A stretch of DNA of 63,501 nt, filler included, from Reclinomonas americana ATCC 50394 (lineage: Eukaryota), in assembly GCA_048213135.1 (NCBI GenBank). It is 24 parts of 24 records of this genome, joined end to end, with 100 filler letters (N's around TTAATTAATTAA, not from the genome) between each part and the next. Parts side by side here need not be neighbours in the genome. Positions count along the whole stretch, not along the records: positions 53,334 to 55,921 come from AFZH01024596.1; positions 56,022 to 59,077 come from AFZH01024597.1; positions 59,178 to 60,363 come from AFZH01024598.1; positions 60,464 to 61,837 come from AFZH01024600.1; positions 61,938 to 63,501 come from AFZH01024601.1; 19 more parts are not named here. One strand, given 5' to 3'. This document shows positions 53,741 through 63,501 of this stretch, one piece after another. The position numbers were made by a program, and so were the translations under genes. The first letter of the stretch is position 1. The number at the start of each line of letters is the position of its first letter. The notes beneath the pieces are model-generated. The model was not told where the DNA came from, searched no databases, and saw only the letters and a program-made list of their open reading frames with translations.

Positions 53741-54856
53741 ATGACGTCCGAAGCGACGAAGACGCCCGCCAATCGACGTAACTTCCTGAAAGTAGCCGGC
53801 CTCGCGGGCGCCGGCGCGATCGCCATGCCGCAGGTGAGCCGGGCGCAGACCCTGACCTGGAAGTTCCAGTCGACTTGGCCGACCAAGGACATCTTCCACG
53901 AATTCGCCGGCGATTTCGCCAAGCGGGTCAACGACATGTCCGGCGGCCGCCTGAAGATGGACGTGCTCGCCGCCGGCGCCGTGGTGCCGGCCTTCCAGAT
54001 GCAGGATGCGGTCGCGGCCGGTATCCTCGACGGCGGCCATGGCGTCTCCGCCTATTGGTACGGCAAGAACAAGGCCTTTTCGCTGTTCGGTACGCCGCCT
54101 GCGCTGGGTTGGGACGCCACCAACTTCCTCGGCTGGATGAACCATGGCGGCGGCTACGATCTCTACAACGACCTCGTCCAGAACCAGCTGAAGCTCAACC
54201 TGGTCGGCTTCTTCTCCGGGCCGATGCCGTGCCAGCCGCTCGGCTGGTTCAAGAAGGAACTGAAGACCGCCGACGACTTCAAGGGCCTGAAATACCGCAC
54301 CGTCGGCCTCGCCGCCGATCTGATGCGGGAAATGGGCGCCGCGGTCACCATCCTCGCCGGCGGCGAGATCGTGCCGGCGCTGGAGCGCGGCGTCATCGAC
54401 GGGGCCGAATTCAACAATCCGTCCTCGGATTCGATCCTCGGCTTCCAGGATGTCGCCAAGGTCTACATGCTGCAGAGCTATCACCAGGCGGCGGAGAGTT
54501 TCGAGCTGTTGTTCAACAAGACCAAGTTCGATGCACTCTCACCCGAGCTCAAGGCGATCGTGAAATATGCTGGCGAGTCGGCTTCGTCCGACATGAACTG
54601 GAAGGCGCTCGACCGCTATTCCAAGGATCTGGAGCTGCTGCGCTCCAAGGGCGTCAACGTCGTCGCGACGCCGGAGGCGATCCTGAAGGCGCAGCTCGCC
54701 GCCTGGGACAAGGTGCTGGAGAAGCTCGGCGGCGAGAACGCCTTCTTCAAGAAGGTGGTCGACAGCCAGAAGGACTGGGTCAAGCGTACCGTTTCCTACG
54801 AGCGGCTCAACGAGCCCTCGCGCGACCTCGCCTTCAACCACTTCTTCAAGACCTGA
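53741..54856 (+). CDS. dctP: TRAP transporter substrate-binding protein (TakP-like, Tat signal)
   Basis: NRRNFLK twin-arginine leader; QPLGWFKKE, GLKYR and LERGVIDGAEF. A GGGAGA RBS lies upstream. Confidence 0.94.
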   Translation: MTSEATKTPANRRNFLKVAGLAGAGAIAMPQVSRAQTLTWKFQSTWPTKDIFHEFAGDFAKRVNDMSGGRLKMDVLAAGAVVPAFQMQDAVAAGILDGGHGVSAYWYGKNKAFSLFGTPPALGWDATNFLGWMNHGGGYDLYNDLVQNQLKLNLVGFFSGPMPCQPLGWFKKELKTADDFKGLKYRTVGLAADLMREMGAAVTILAGGEIVPALERGVIDGAEFNNPSSDSILGFQDVAKVYMLQSYHQAAESFELLFNKTKFDALSPELKAIVKYAGESASSDMNWKALDRYSKDLELLRSKGVNVVATPEAILKAQLAAWDKVLEKLGGENAFFKKVVDSQKDWVKRTVSYERLNEPSRDLAFNHFFKT

Positions 54857-54880
54857 GGGCCGCCACCTCGGCCAAGCCTG

Positions 54881-54907
54881 CGCCCGCCATCCCAGCGATG
54901 GCGGGCG
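54881..54907 (+). other. Intergenic stem-loop after dctP (mRNA stabiliser or attenuating terminator)
   Basis: CGCCCGCCATC-CCAGC-GATGGCGGGCG then TTCTT. Confidence 0.65.
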
Positions 54908-54943
54908 TTCTTCGCCAATCCGAACAGCAGGCGACGCACGCGG

Positions 54944-55531
54944 ATGAAGCTGATCCTCGCGATCGACAAGTTCAACACCGCCATCGGCAAGCTCGCCGGC
55001 TGGACGATCCTGATCCTGACATTGGCGATCAGCTACGAGGTCTTCTCGCGCTATGCGTTGCGGGCGCCGACCGAATGGGCCTTCGACGTCAGCTATATCC
55101 TCTACGGCACGCTGTTCATGCTGGCCGGGCCCTATGCGCTCGCCCGTAACGCGCATGTGCGCGGCGATTTTCTCTATCGCGCATGGAGCCCGCGCACGCA
55201 GGCGCGGCTCGATCTTGCGCTCTACATCCTCTTCTTCTTTCCAGGGATCGTTGCGCTCGCCTGGGCCGGCTACAAGTTCGCAGCCTTCTCCTGGATGATC
55301 GGCGAGCATTCCTCGAATTCGCCGAACGGGCCGCCGCTCTACCATTTCAAATCGCTGATCCCGATCGCCGGTGCGCTGATGACGCTGCAGGGGCTGGCGG
55401 AGGTCGCGCGCTGCGTCATCTGCCTGCGCACCGGCGAGTGGCCGCCGCGGCTGCACGATGTCGAGGAAACCGAGAAGCTCATTCTCGAACAGGCTGCGCA
55501 AAGCGGGCCGGATGCGGGGAAGACGGTCTGA
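54944..55531 (+). CDS. dctQ: TRAP transporter small permease
   Basis: YEVFSRY..PT.WAFD...AHVRGD; four TM segments. Confidence 0.92.
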   Translation: MKLILAIDKFNTAIGKLAGWTILILTLAISYEVFSRYALRAPTEWAFDVSYILYGTLFMLAGPYALARNAHVRGDFLYRAWSPRTQARLDLALYILFFFPGIVALAWAGYKFAAFSWMIGEHSSNSPNGPPLYHFKSLIPIAGALMTLQGLAEVARCVICLRTGEWPPRLHDVEETEKLILEQAAQSGPDAGKTV

Positions 55532-55921
55532 TGCTGTTCGGTCTTTCCAATCCGGAACTGGGCGTGGTGATGCTCGTCCTGTTCATCGTCTTCATCATGC
55601 TCGGCTTCCCGATCGCCTTCACGCTGATGGCGCTCGGCGTCGGCTTCGGCTACTGGGCGATGGGCGACACCGTGTTCAGCCTCGTGGTCCAGCGCACCTA
55701 TTCGGTGATGGCCAACGACGTGCTGGTCTCGATCCCGCTCTTCATCTTCATGGGCTACATCATCGAGCGGGCGAACATCCTCGACCGGCTGTTCCATTCG
55801 ATCCAGCTCGCGCTCGGCAATGTGCCGGGCTCGCTCGCCATCGCCACATTGGCGACTTGCGCGATCTTCGCGACCGCGACCGGCATCGTCGGCGCGGTGG
55901 TGACGCTGATGGGGGCTGCTT
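55531..55921 (+). CDS. dctM: TRAP transporter large permease (3' truncated)
   Basis: GFPIAFTL...SIPLFIFMG...ATATGIVGA.VTLMG. TGATG coupling. Confidence 0.92.
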
Positions 55922-56021
55922 NNNNNNNNNNNNNNNNNNNNNNNNNNNNNNNNNNNNNNNNNNNNTTAATTAATTAANNNNNNNNNNNNNNNNNNNNNNN
56001 NNNNNNNNNNNNNNNNNNNNN

Positions 56022-56640
56022 TCGACGGCTCACCGTGTCGTTCTGCTTCCACACACGTCTCCCGTCGTGGGAACATTGTTCCTGCAATGTTTCCGTGGAT
56101 TCCGGTTTGTTCCATCCGATCAACGGGCAGAAACCGGCGGTATCTGTATCTGTATGGGTCGCGAGAAAAAGTGCTTCAGAATAACTCCCTCTCGACGGCC
56201 TACCGTGTGAAATCGCTTTCGCACACATCCTCCGCCTTCAGAACATTGTTCCTGCGATGTTTTCCGCTGGACTCCGGTTTTGATACATTGATACTGGCCG
56301 GACGTGGGACCTGGAAGTGCCCTCCACGAAGGGTCTCCGTTCCTCTCTCTTAAAGCTGCCTACCGTGTCATTACCCTTCCACATATTATTGCGCGTATGC
56401 ACGACCTCATTGCGCAATGTTTTCTGTACATTTTCCACCAATTCCACCGGATGGACGGAGCGGCGGACAGGACCCGGGACCTGGACGTTTTCCGCATGAA
56501 GTGTCTCCGTTCCCTTCTTTGAAGATGGCGTGCCGTGTCGATTCCACCCTAGATATTATTGCGCCTATGCCAGACCCCGTAGCGCGCTGTTTTGCTGTTA
56601 TTTTCCACCAATTCCGTCGGATCAACCGGCTGACTGGGAC
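56022..56640. repeat. Degenerate tandem repeat, ~160-170-bp period, ~4 units
   Basis: (A/G)CCGTGT anchors at 56032, 56202, 56362 and 56532. GAACATTGTTCCTGC, GGGACCTGGA and ATATTATTGCGC are shared between adjacent units. Confidence 0.7.
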
Positions 56641-57074
56641 AATCACCCGACCGATCGGGCGGATGGGTCGATTCCACCGCTCACCACCAAACACAGCCTT
56701 CCTGCACCCGCCACCCATCACAAACATATCCATGCATGTTCCCACCCTACCCCCTTTGATTTCCACCCATTTCTGCGCCGTTTTACGCACTTTCCCTTGT
56801 ATACCACCCTTTTGCAGCCAGGTTTGAGCAGCAATTCAGTGATCCTGGACCCCGTTAAGCCTTCCAAACACACTCCCCCCCACAATCGACCCTTGCGAAC
56901 TCGATGCAAGTATGCACATGAGGATTCATGCCGTATTTCGCCCTCTATTCCACAGCTATTGATGCTGGCACTCATCGGCAAGGCGGAAAGGCTAGTTGGA
57001 GGGCTCATCTCCCCCCACAAAAAATATTTCACCGTCAGAAACACCTCCCTTAACGTGTTTCATGCGTTTAAAGT

Positions 57075-57712
57075 GAAATCGGGTGGTTTTTTGCACTTAG
57101 AGTGCCACTCCGAACACCTCCTGTAAGCCAGATCTCCCCCGTTTCATCACAGACCACTCTTCTTCACATCAGAAGAAATGTGCGCAATGTTTGAAAACCC
57201 CCTATCCACCTTGTCATGCATTATAAAAGTCTCTCCTTCAAAAGCCATTATCGATCTCCCTGTTTTCTGCACCACTCCGAACACCCACTGTAAGCCAGAT
57301 CTCCCCCGTTTCATCACAGACCACTCTTCTTCACATCAGATGAAATGTGCGCAATGTTTGAAAACCCCCTATTCACCTTTACTTGCATTGTAAAAGTCTC
57401 TCTTTCAAAAGCTATTATCGATCTCCCTGTTTTCGGCACCACTCTGAACACCCCCTGTAAGCCAGATCTCCCCCATCTCATCAAAGACCTCCCTTGCACA
57501 CATCAGATGAAATGTGCGCAATGTTTGAAAACCCCCAGTCCACCCTTTCATGCATTGTAAAAGTCTCTCCTTCATAAGCCATTATCGATCTCCCTGTTTT
57601 CGGCACCACTCCGAACACCCCCTGTCACCCAGATCTCCCCCATTTCATCAAAGACCTCCCTTCCCCACATCAGAAGAAATGTGCGCGATCCTTTAAAACC
57701 CCCTATCCACTT
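57075..57712. repeat. Satellite, 167-bp unit x ~3.8
   Basis: CCACTC(C/T)GAACACC..CTGT...CCAGATCTCCCC at 57105, 57272, 57439 and 57606. Confidence 0.95.
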
Positions 57713-58569
57713 CACCAGACCTTGGCCCTTAACCTCGCTCCAAAGCCATAAGCAATCTCCCGTTTTTCCACTCCGTTTCTGCACGTTTCGCGCACCACCC
57801 ACTCTCGAGATCTCCACAATCTTGTAAGCAACCACTATTTCGCCAAAGGCCAAAGATATCTGCAATCATTGAAAACCACGTTTGCGTTTAAAAAAGTCTT
57901 TGCCAGACCTTCATCTCAAAAGATATCGGCTGCGCACCTGTTTTTGGCGGTGTTCGGCGTGTATTGCTCCGCGACTTTCGTAGGTAGCTGGGATTCTATT
58001 GCGGGGTATTGTTGGAGATTGTTATTAGAGACTTTTCTTGTTTTAGAAAAGTGTTGCTTCCTATTCATCTCGGGCGCTACAGCCGCAGACACGCTTCGGA
58101 TCACGTACTCTGCATAGGTCTATGCTACTTTTTATTTTTGTTTCGGATTTCAAATAGTCTGAGATGTGCGCGATCATGTGACGCAATTTATTTAATAGTT
58201 GAAGATAATAAGAATAGTTATCCCAATCTTGAACAATTAAATACTCTCCTTCAGCTGCACTTCTCTGCTCTCACTGACGGGGTAGGCATCGCAAAGTGCT
58301 TAATGCCCCAAACAAAAAATAGTCCACCGTGGGAAATCACGTGGAGCCTTACTCCAGATAAGGGACAAGGGTGTTTTGATGTGTGGAAAGGGCTACCTAT
58401 TTATGGACATTCGCGGTCACAAAAGTCACCCTAGTTTTCCATTCAAATAGTAGAGTACCGTGGGGGATTGTGTTTCTCCCCTATCCGTAGAGGGGCAAGT
58501 ATTTCTACTGGTGGGAACGGGCTGTAGAATTAAAACAGTGTTGCGCAGTGTGCTTTGTGGTTGGAGATC

Positions 58570-60363
58570 TCAGAGAACATGGGTTTTTGTAGGGCTTTCA
58601 TCACCCTCCCCTCACTTCCATCCACTTTTTGTGAGGAATGACCCCACTTTTAACGCCCTCTTCCAAATCTAAAATCACTCTACCGTGGGGAATAATAAGT
58701 GATTTCTCTCTTGATCAGGGACATACCTACGCAAGTGAGCGTGGGAGGCTCCATTCGAGAAACAGTGCCGAGTGAGCGCAAAGTGACGCCTACGCAGTGT
58801 CGCTGTTCCTGCGGTGCGTGGCAGCGTGTTTCGATGGTGAACCTTTCAGAGAACATGGGTTCTCATAGGGTTTTCATCACCCACCCTTCACCACCACCCA
58901 CTTTTTGTGAGGGACGATCCCTCTTTTCACCCCCTCTCCCAAATCTAAAATCATTCTACCGTGGGAGATTATAAGAGATTACTCTCTTGATCAGGGATAT
59001 GATCATTCTGATCGGCGTGGGAGGCTCCATTTAAGAAACACTGTCGAGTGAGCGCTGATGGCTGGTCTTGTGGAGAGNNNNNNNNNNNNNNNNNNNNNNN
59101 NNNNNNNNNNNNNNNNNNNNNTTAATTAATTAANNNNNNNNNNNNNNNNNNNNNNNNNNNNNNNNNNNNNNNNNNNNTACCCCACCCTTCACCACCACCC
59201 AATTTTTGTAAGGAACGACCCTTCTTTTCACCCCCTCTCCCAAATCTAAAATCATTCTACCGTGGGGGATTATGAGGGATTTCATTCTTGATCAGGGGCA
59301 TACCCTATTCGATGAGCGTGGGAGGCTCTATTCAAGAAACACTGCCGAGTGAGCGCTGATGGCTGACCTTGTGGAGAACATGGGTTCTCATGGGGTTTTC
59401 ATCACCCTCTCCTCACCTCCATCCACTTTTTGTGAGGAACGACCCCTCTTTTCACCTCCCCTCACAAATCTAAAATCACTCTACCGTGGGGAATTACAAG
59501 AGATTACTCTCTTGATCAGGGATATACCCTCTCCGATGAGCGTGGGAGGTTCCATTCAAGGAACAGTGCGAGTGAGCGCAAAGTGACGCCTACGCAGTGT
59601 CGCTGTTCTTGTGGTGCGTGGCAGCGTGTTTCAATGGTGAGCTTTTCAGAGAACATGGGTTTTCATAGGGTTTTCGTCACCCTCTCTTCACCACCACCCA
59701 CTTTTTGTGAGGAATGACCCCTCTTTTCACCCCCTCTCCCAAATCTAAAATCATTCTACCGTGGGAGATTATAAGAGATCACTTTCCTGATCAGGGACAT
59801 ATCCTCTCTGATGAGCGTGGGAGGCTCCATTCAAGAAACACTACCGAGTGAGCGCTCATGGCCGGCCTTGTGGAGAACATGGGTTCCCATAGGGTTTTCA
59901 TCACCCTCACCTCACCTCCACCCACTTTTTGTGAGGAATGACCCCTCGTTTCACCTCCCCTTCCAAATCTAAAATCACTCTACAGTGGGAAATTACAGGA
60001 GATTACTCTCTTGATCAGGGACATACCTTCTACAGTGAGCGTGGGAGGCTCCATTTAAGAAACAGTGCGAGTAAGCGCAAACTGACGCCTACGCAGTGTC
60101 GCTGTTCTTGTGGTGCGTGGCAGCGTGTTTCAATGGTGGACTTTTCAGAGAACATGGGTTTTCATAGGGTTTTCATCACCCTCTCCTCAACTCACAAAAA
60201 TTATATGCCGGACGGTCCCCTTTTCTACCTCTTCTGAAAAAACAAAAAATATCTCACCGTGGGGAATCGTGTGGGGACACATCCTAGATAATGAATGTGC
60301 CCATTCTGATGAGAGTGGGAGGCTCCATTCAAGAAACACTGCGTTTCAAGCGCACTTCTCTCA
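58570..60363. repeat. Satellite with alternating ~275-bp and 224-bp monomers (~499-bp higher-order unit), spread over two contigs
   Basis: GAACATGGGTT anchors at 58575, 58851, (59075, truncated) | 59376, 59651, 59875 and 60150. Long monomers carry an extra ~51-bp block, AAAGTGACGCCTACGCAGTGTCGCTG...GTGTTTC. Confidence 0.92.
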
Positions 60364-61937
60364 NNNNNNNNNNNNNNNNNNNNNNNNNNNNNNNNNNNNN
60401 NNNNNNNTTAATTAATTAANNNNNNNNNNNNNNNNNNNNNNNNNNNNNNNNNNNNNNNNNNNNAGCACACGGCATGTCCTCCGTGACACGAGTGTTTGGA
60501 ACCAAAGATCCTTCGGCAAGAGCTCGCGTATCCGCACTGTCATCAACATCCTCCGTTTTCACATCGTCGCCGAGGTGAAGAGGTGGAACAGCAGCTGGGC
60601 GAGGGCGATGAGAGCGCCAGTGGTCCTCAAAGTGAAGAACCGAGTTATCCACACTCTCGGGTATCTGTCCTGGAAGGAACAGTGGTCCTTCCTCACGCAA
60701 GTCGCCGCTCGGGGCAGTACGCTGTCCGTGATTCGAATCAACGACTGGCTGCTAAGCCCAACAAACACGCAATATCAGCAAAAAAGTCGTCAGTCAACCA
60801 CGACCCAAACGAGTCTGATTTACCTCTTCAGTTGCACGAACAAGTGGTGGCAAATACGAACGTCGCGATGGATTGCCAGCGGGCTTGACCGGTTGCACGG
60901 GATCGTACGCTTCCTCCTGGTGAGCTGCGAAAGCTGCACCAACGTGGCGCTTCAATGCTCGGACCACCTCGAGTCCTCTCTTCACGTTGAGCCAGCCTCG
61001 CTTGTGGCGCATTGCACGCTCCTCCAACTTCGGACTGCACACGTCTGGCGCTCCTTCGTGCAATCCCTTCATCAACTCTGCAGCGGCAACTTGCTGTGCC
61101 GTCACATCAGCAAGGCGGAGGATATTGGTCAGGCGCGTCTGCTGCAGCACACGTTGCTGTGGCGACGACATGCATTCCAGTCAGCAGATGCTCAAACGTA
61201 CTTTCACGACGATGTGGTTCCAGTACGCACCTCGTTATCTGTTGCACGATCAAGTCTCCACACAACAATGCACGCCGCCACAGCAAGTGCAAAGTACGTG
61301 CTCAGAAGAATGAAAGTGGGGCTGAGGAAGAGGCCCAGCCGACTGCCCACTCCAATAAAGGTTGCACCACCAGCGAAGAAGTTGAAGCCCGGCACGATGG
61401 ACAGGTCCAGAGTCTACACGTGCGCCCAATAATCGTGAGCAGAAAAAGTGAGGAGTCTTCGCTGACGAGCAGGGACGAAACAAAATCAGTAAGGTGAGTT
61501 GTTGCACAGTACACGCCAGACACCTGCATCGGCAGAATGAAAAAATAGGCGCAGGTGTGAGCATCGCGCGGCATCGAGCTTGTGAAGGCACACAACCAAC
61601 GACAAACATGTGGCTTTTCTCCTCGAGCAATCGGGTCCACCAGTAGATATGTACTCAGTCCGCTGGCACTCACTCGGTTCCCGGCTTTGCACACGTCGCG
61701 TGCCACACACAGCGGAATCCAGGTATTTGGCACCTCCAGCACCGTCGGGTCCTTGGTCGTGACGTTGAAAATGTACTCGCTCGAAACTGTCACGAGCAAA
61801 ATGAATGAGAAACTGCGTTGCTCATTGGTCACACAAANNNNNNNNNNNNNNNNNNNNNNNNNNNNNNNNNNNNNNNNNNNNTTAATTAATTAANNNNNNN
61901 NNNNNNNNNNNNNNNNNNNNNNNNNNNNNNNNNNNNN

Positions 61938-63487
61938 CCGTCGCGTTACTGTCCACTGCCACCAGCGACCCAATCATCACATTGCCTGTGGCGGTCGGCG
62001 GCAGGTACGTTAGTCCCGTGATGGTGATGTCCGTCGGAGCCGTCGGTGCTGTTGGATTCAACAGGGAAACACACAGTAAGCGCATCGACAACCCACCACC
62101 CTCACCCACGTCTACGCCAGCGCAACTGTCCACAATCGTAAACAACTTGTCCACTGTCGCGCCGCCGCTGTCTTGTGCACGCACAATCACTCGCAGACTA
62201 GATCCCCGCTGACCGGCCGCACTGATGCGCAGTGATGTCCCCGAAATGTTGAACAGGCCCATGTCCGTACCACCCACCAAGGTCAGCAAGTGCGAGTCTC
62301 CAGTGTTCGCGTCGGTGACAGACAGAGTTCCGACCACCACATTCGCCGCGCCCGTCGGTGCCGTGTATGTGTTGGCCGAAAGCGAGATGTTGGTCGGCGC
62401 CACGTTGGCTGCGTAACACGTGGGCTTAAGCTACACTTGCAACCGAAAAGCATCACGCGCGCACCCCCCACACACACACCTTCGTTGATAGTGAATGTCT
62501 TTGCCAGCGTGCCACCATGCTGATCGTTTGTCTGGACTTGCACTTGCAGATTGTTGCCTGTCAAGCCGGCCACGGCTGACCGCAACTCGTTGCCGACAAT
62601 CGCAAACTTGGCCTGGTCGGCGCCACCCACAATCGTGTACACAAACGATTGGCAACAATTGTCGTCCACAGAGCTCAGCAGGCCAATAGTCGACCCCGTG
62701 GCCAGGGGTGGTGCGTATCGTGTAGAAGACAGCAAAATATCCGTCGGAGACACATTGGCTGCAAAGCAGGCGAAGGCACGTGAGACAAAAGGTACAGCCG
62801 CGCACGAACACGCATTACAGAAACACGCACCTTGATTGACAGTCAGCGTCTTGAAGAATGTATTGCCCGAGCTGTCTGCAACTCGCACAGCCACTTGCAG
62901 GTTATCACCCGCGAGTTGTGGGTTGCGAAGCACCAGAGTGGATCCAACAATGTCAAACAGTGCGCCATCGGGACCACCGGAAATCGAAAACGTGAAGGTG
63001 TCCTGCGCATTGACGTCCGTTGCTGACAGCACGCCTATGACCACGTTGCTCAGTCCGGTCGCCGGCACATATTGCGCCGCCGACAGCGTAATGTCCGTCG
63101 GAGCGAGAGTTGCTGCAATGGACAGCGGGATGCACGCGAGCAGGGAAACAACACATGTAAGCCGATCATTTGCTCATTCGCTACAGCACGCAAAGCCAAG
63201 CTCACCGCCACTGATCGTAAACAGTTGTGCATATTTGGCGCCACCAGCATCCGTAGTCTGCACTGCAACCTTCAAGTTGCTGCCGCGCTGACCGGCCGCC
63301 ACAAACCGCAGCTGCGAGCCGGCAATCTCAAACAGCGCACTGTCCACTCCACCCACGATCTGGTACGTGAACGAGTCGCCCGTGTTTGCATCTGTGGTCG
63401 ACAGAGTGCCAATGACGGCGTGCGCTGCTCCAGTCGGAGGAGTGTACGTGGACGCCGACAAGCTCACGGCAGTCGGCGCCACATTCC
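61938..63487 (-). CDS. Cadherin-like repeat protein, one domain per exon (exons 63206-63487, 62831-63112, 62480-62758, 62127-62408, <61938-62048)
   Basis: Each exon reads APT.I.LS...IG.LS..D....D.FTY.IVGG.D...F.I.G..L...L.V.V...D..G....K.FTI. GT-AG introns are 93, 72, 71 and 78 nt. Confidence 0.88.
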
Positions 63488-63501
63488 CTGTACGTGCAAA
63501 G

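Noticed and set aside
13295..55921. Bacterial operons as horizontally transferred islands in the eukaryote
   Set aside because: Every bacterial segment is bounded by linkers, intronless and has RBS/operon structure, consistent with co-cultured bacteria.
57075..60363. CRISPR array
   Set aside because: Whole 167-275-bp units are repeated, with no unique spacers between short repeats and no cas genes.

Overview
This window is not one genomic locus. It is 24 short contig fragments joined by 23 copies of an artificial 100-nt linker (N44-TTAATTAATTAA-N44), so gene adjacency across a linker means nothing. At least three sources are mixed. (1) A GC-rich, intron-containing microbial eukaryote contributes WD40 and pentapeptide-WD40 NLR-like genes, a CLASP/TOG gene, an intron-bearing glyoxalase-like gene, a spliced Plavaka/CACTA-like transposase, an ankyrin gene, and EGF-, IPT/TIG-, RTX-like and cadherin-repeat surface proteins. 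(2) A high-GC alphaproteobacterium (Bosea/Rhizobiales-like) contributes EPS glycosyltransferases, hpt, tspO, a trans-sulfuration enzyme, a GGDEF protein and a TRAP transporter. (3) A Microbacterium-like actinobacterium contributes C-glycoside deglycosidase genes, an HTH gene under a palindromic operator, sugar and siderophore ABC transporters, and a toxin/immunity-like cassette array. Two lower-GC contigs are non-coding satellite DNA. The best candidate for an undescribed system is the actinobacterial array at 45.0-49.3 kb, where several paralogous immunity-like genes precede a toxin-like gene with a very short helical N-terminal module. Other notable items are a fused beta-alpha C-deglycosidase, a cadherin gene with one domain per phase-1 exon, and the protist Plavaka-like transposase. 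Several +1 frameshifts fall in homopolymers, which suggests sequencing error. All family assignments come from motif recognition by eye; no database search was run.
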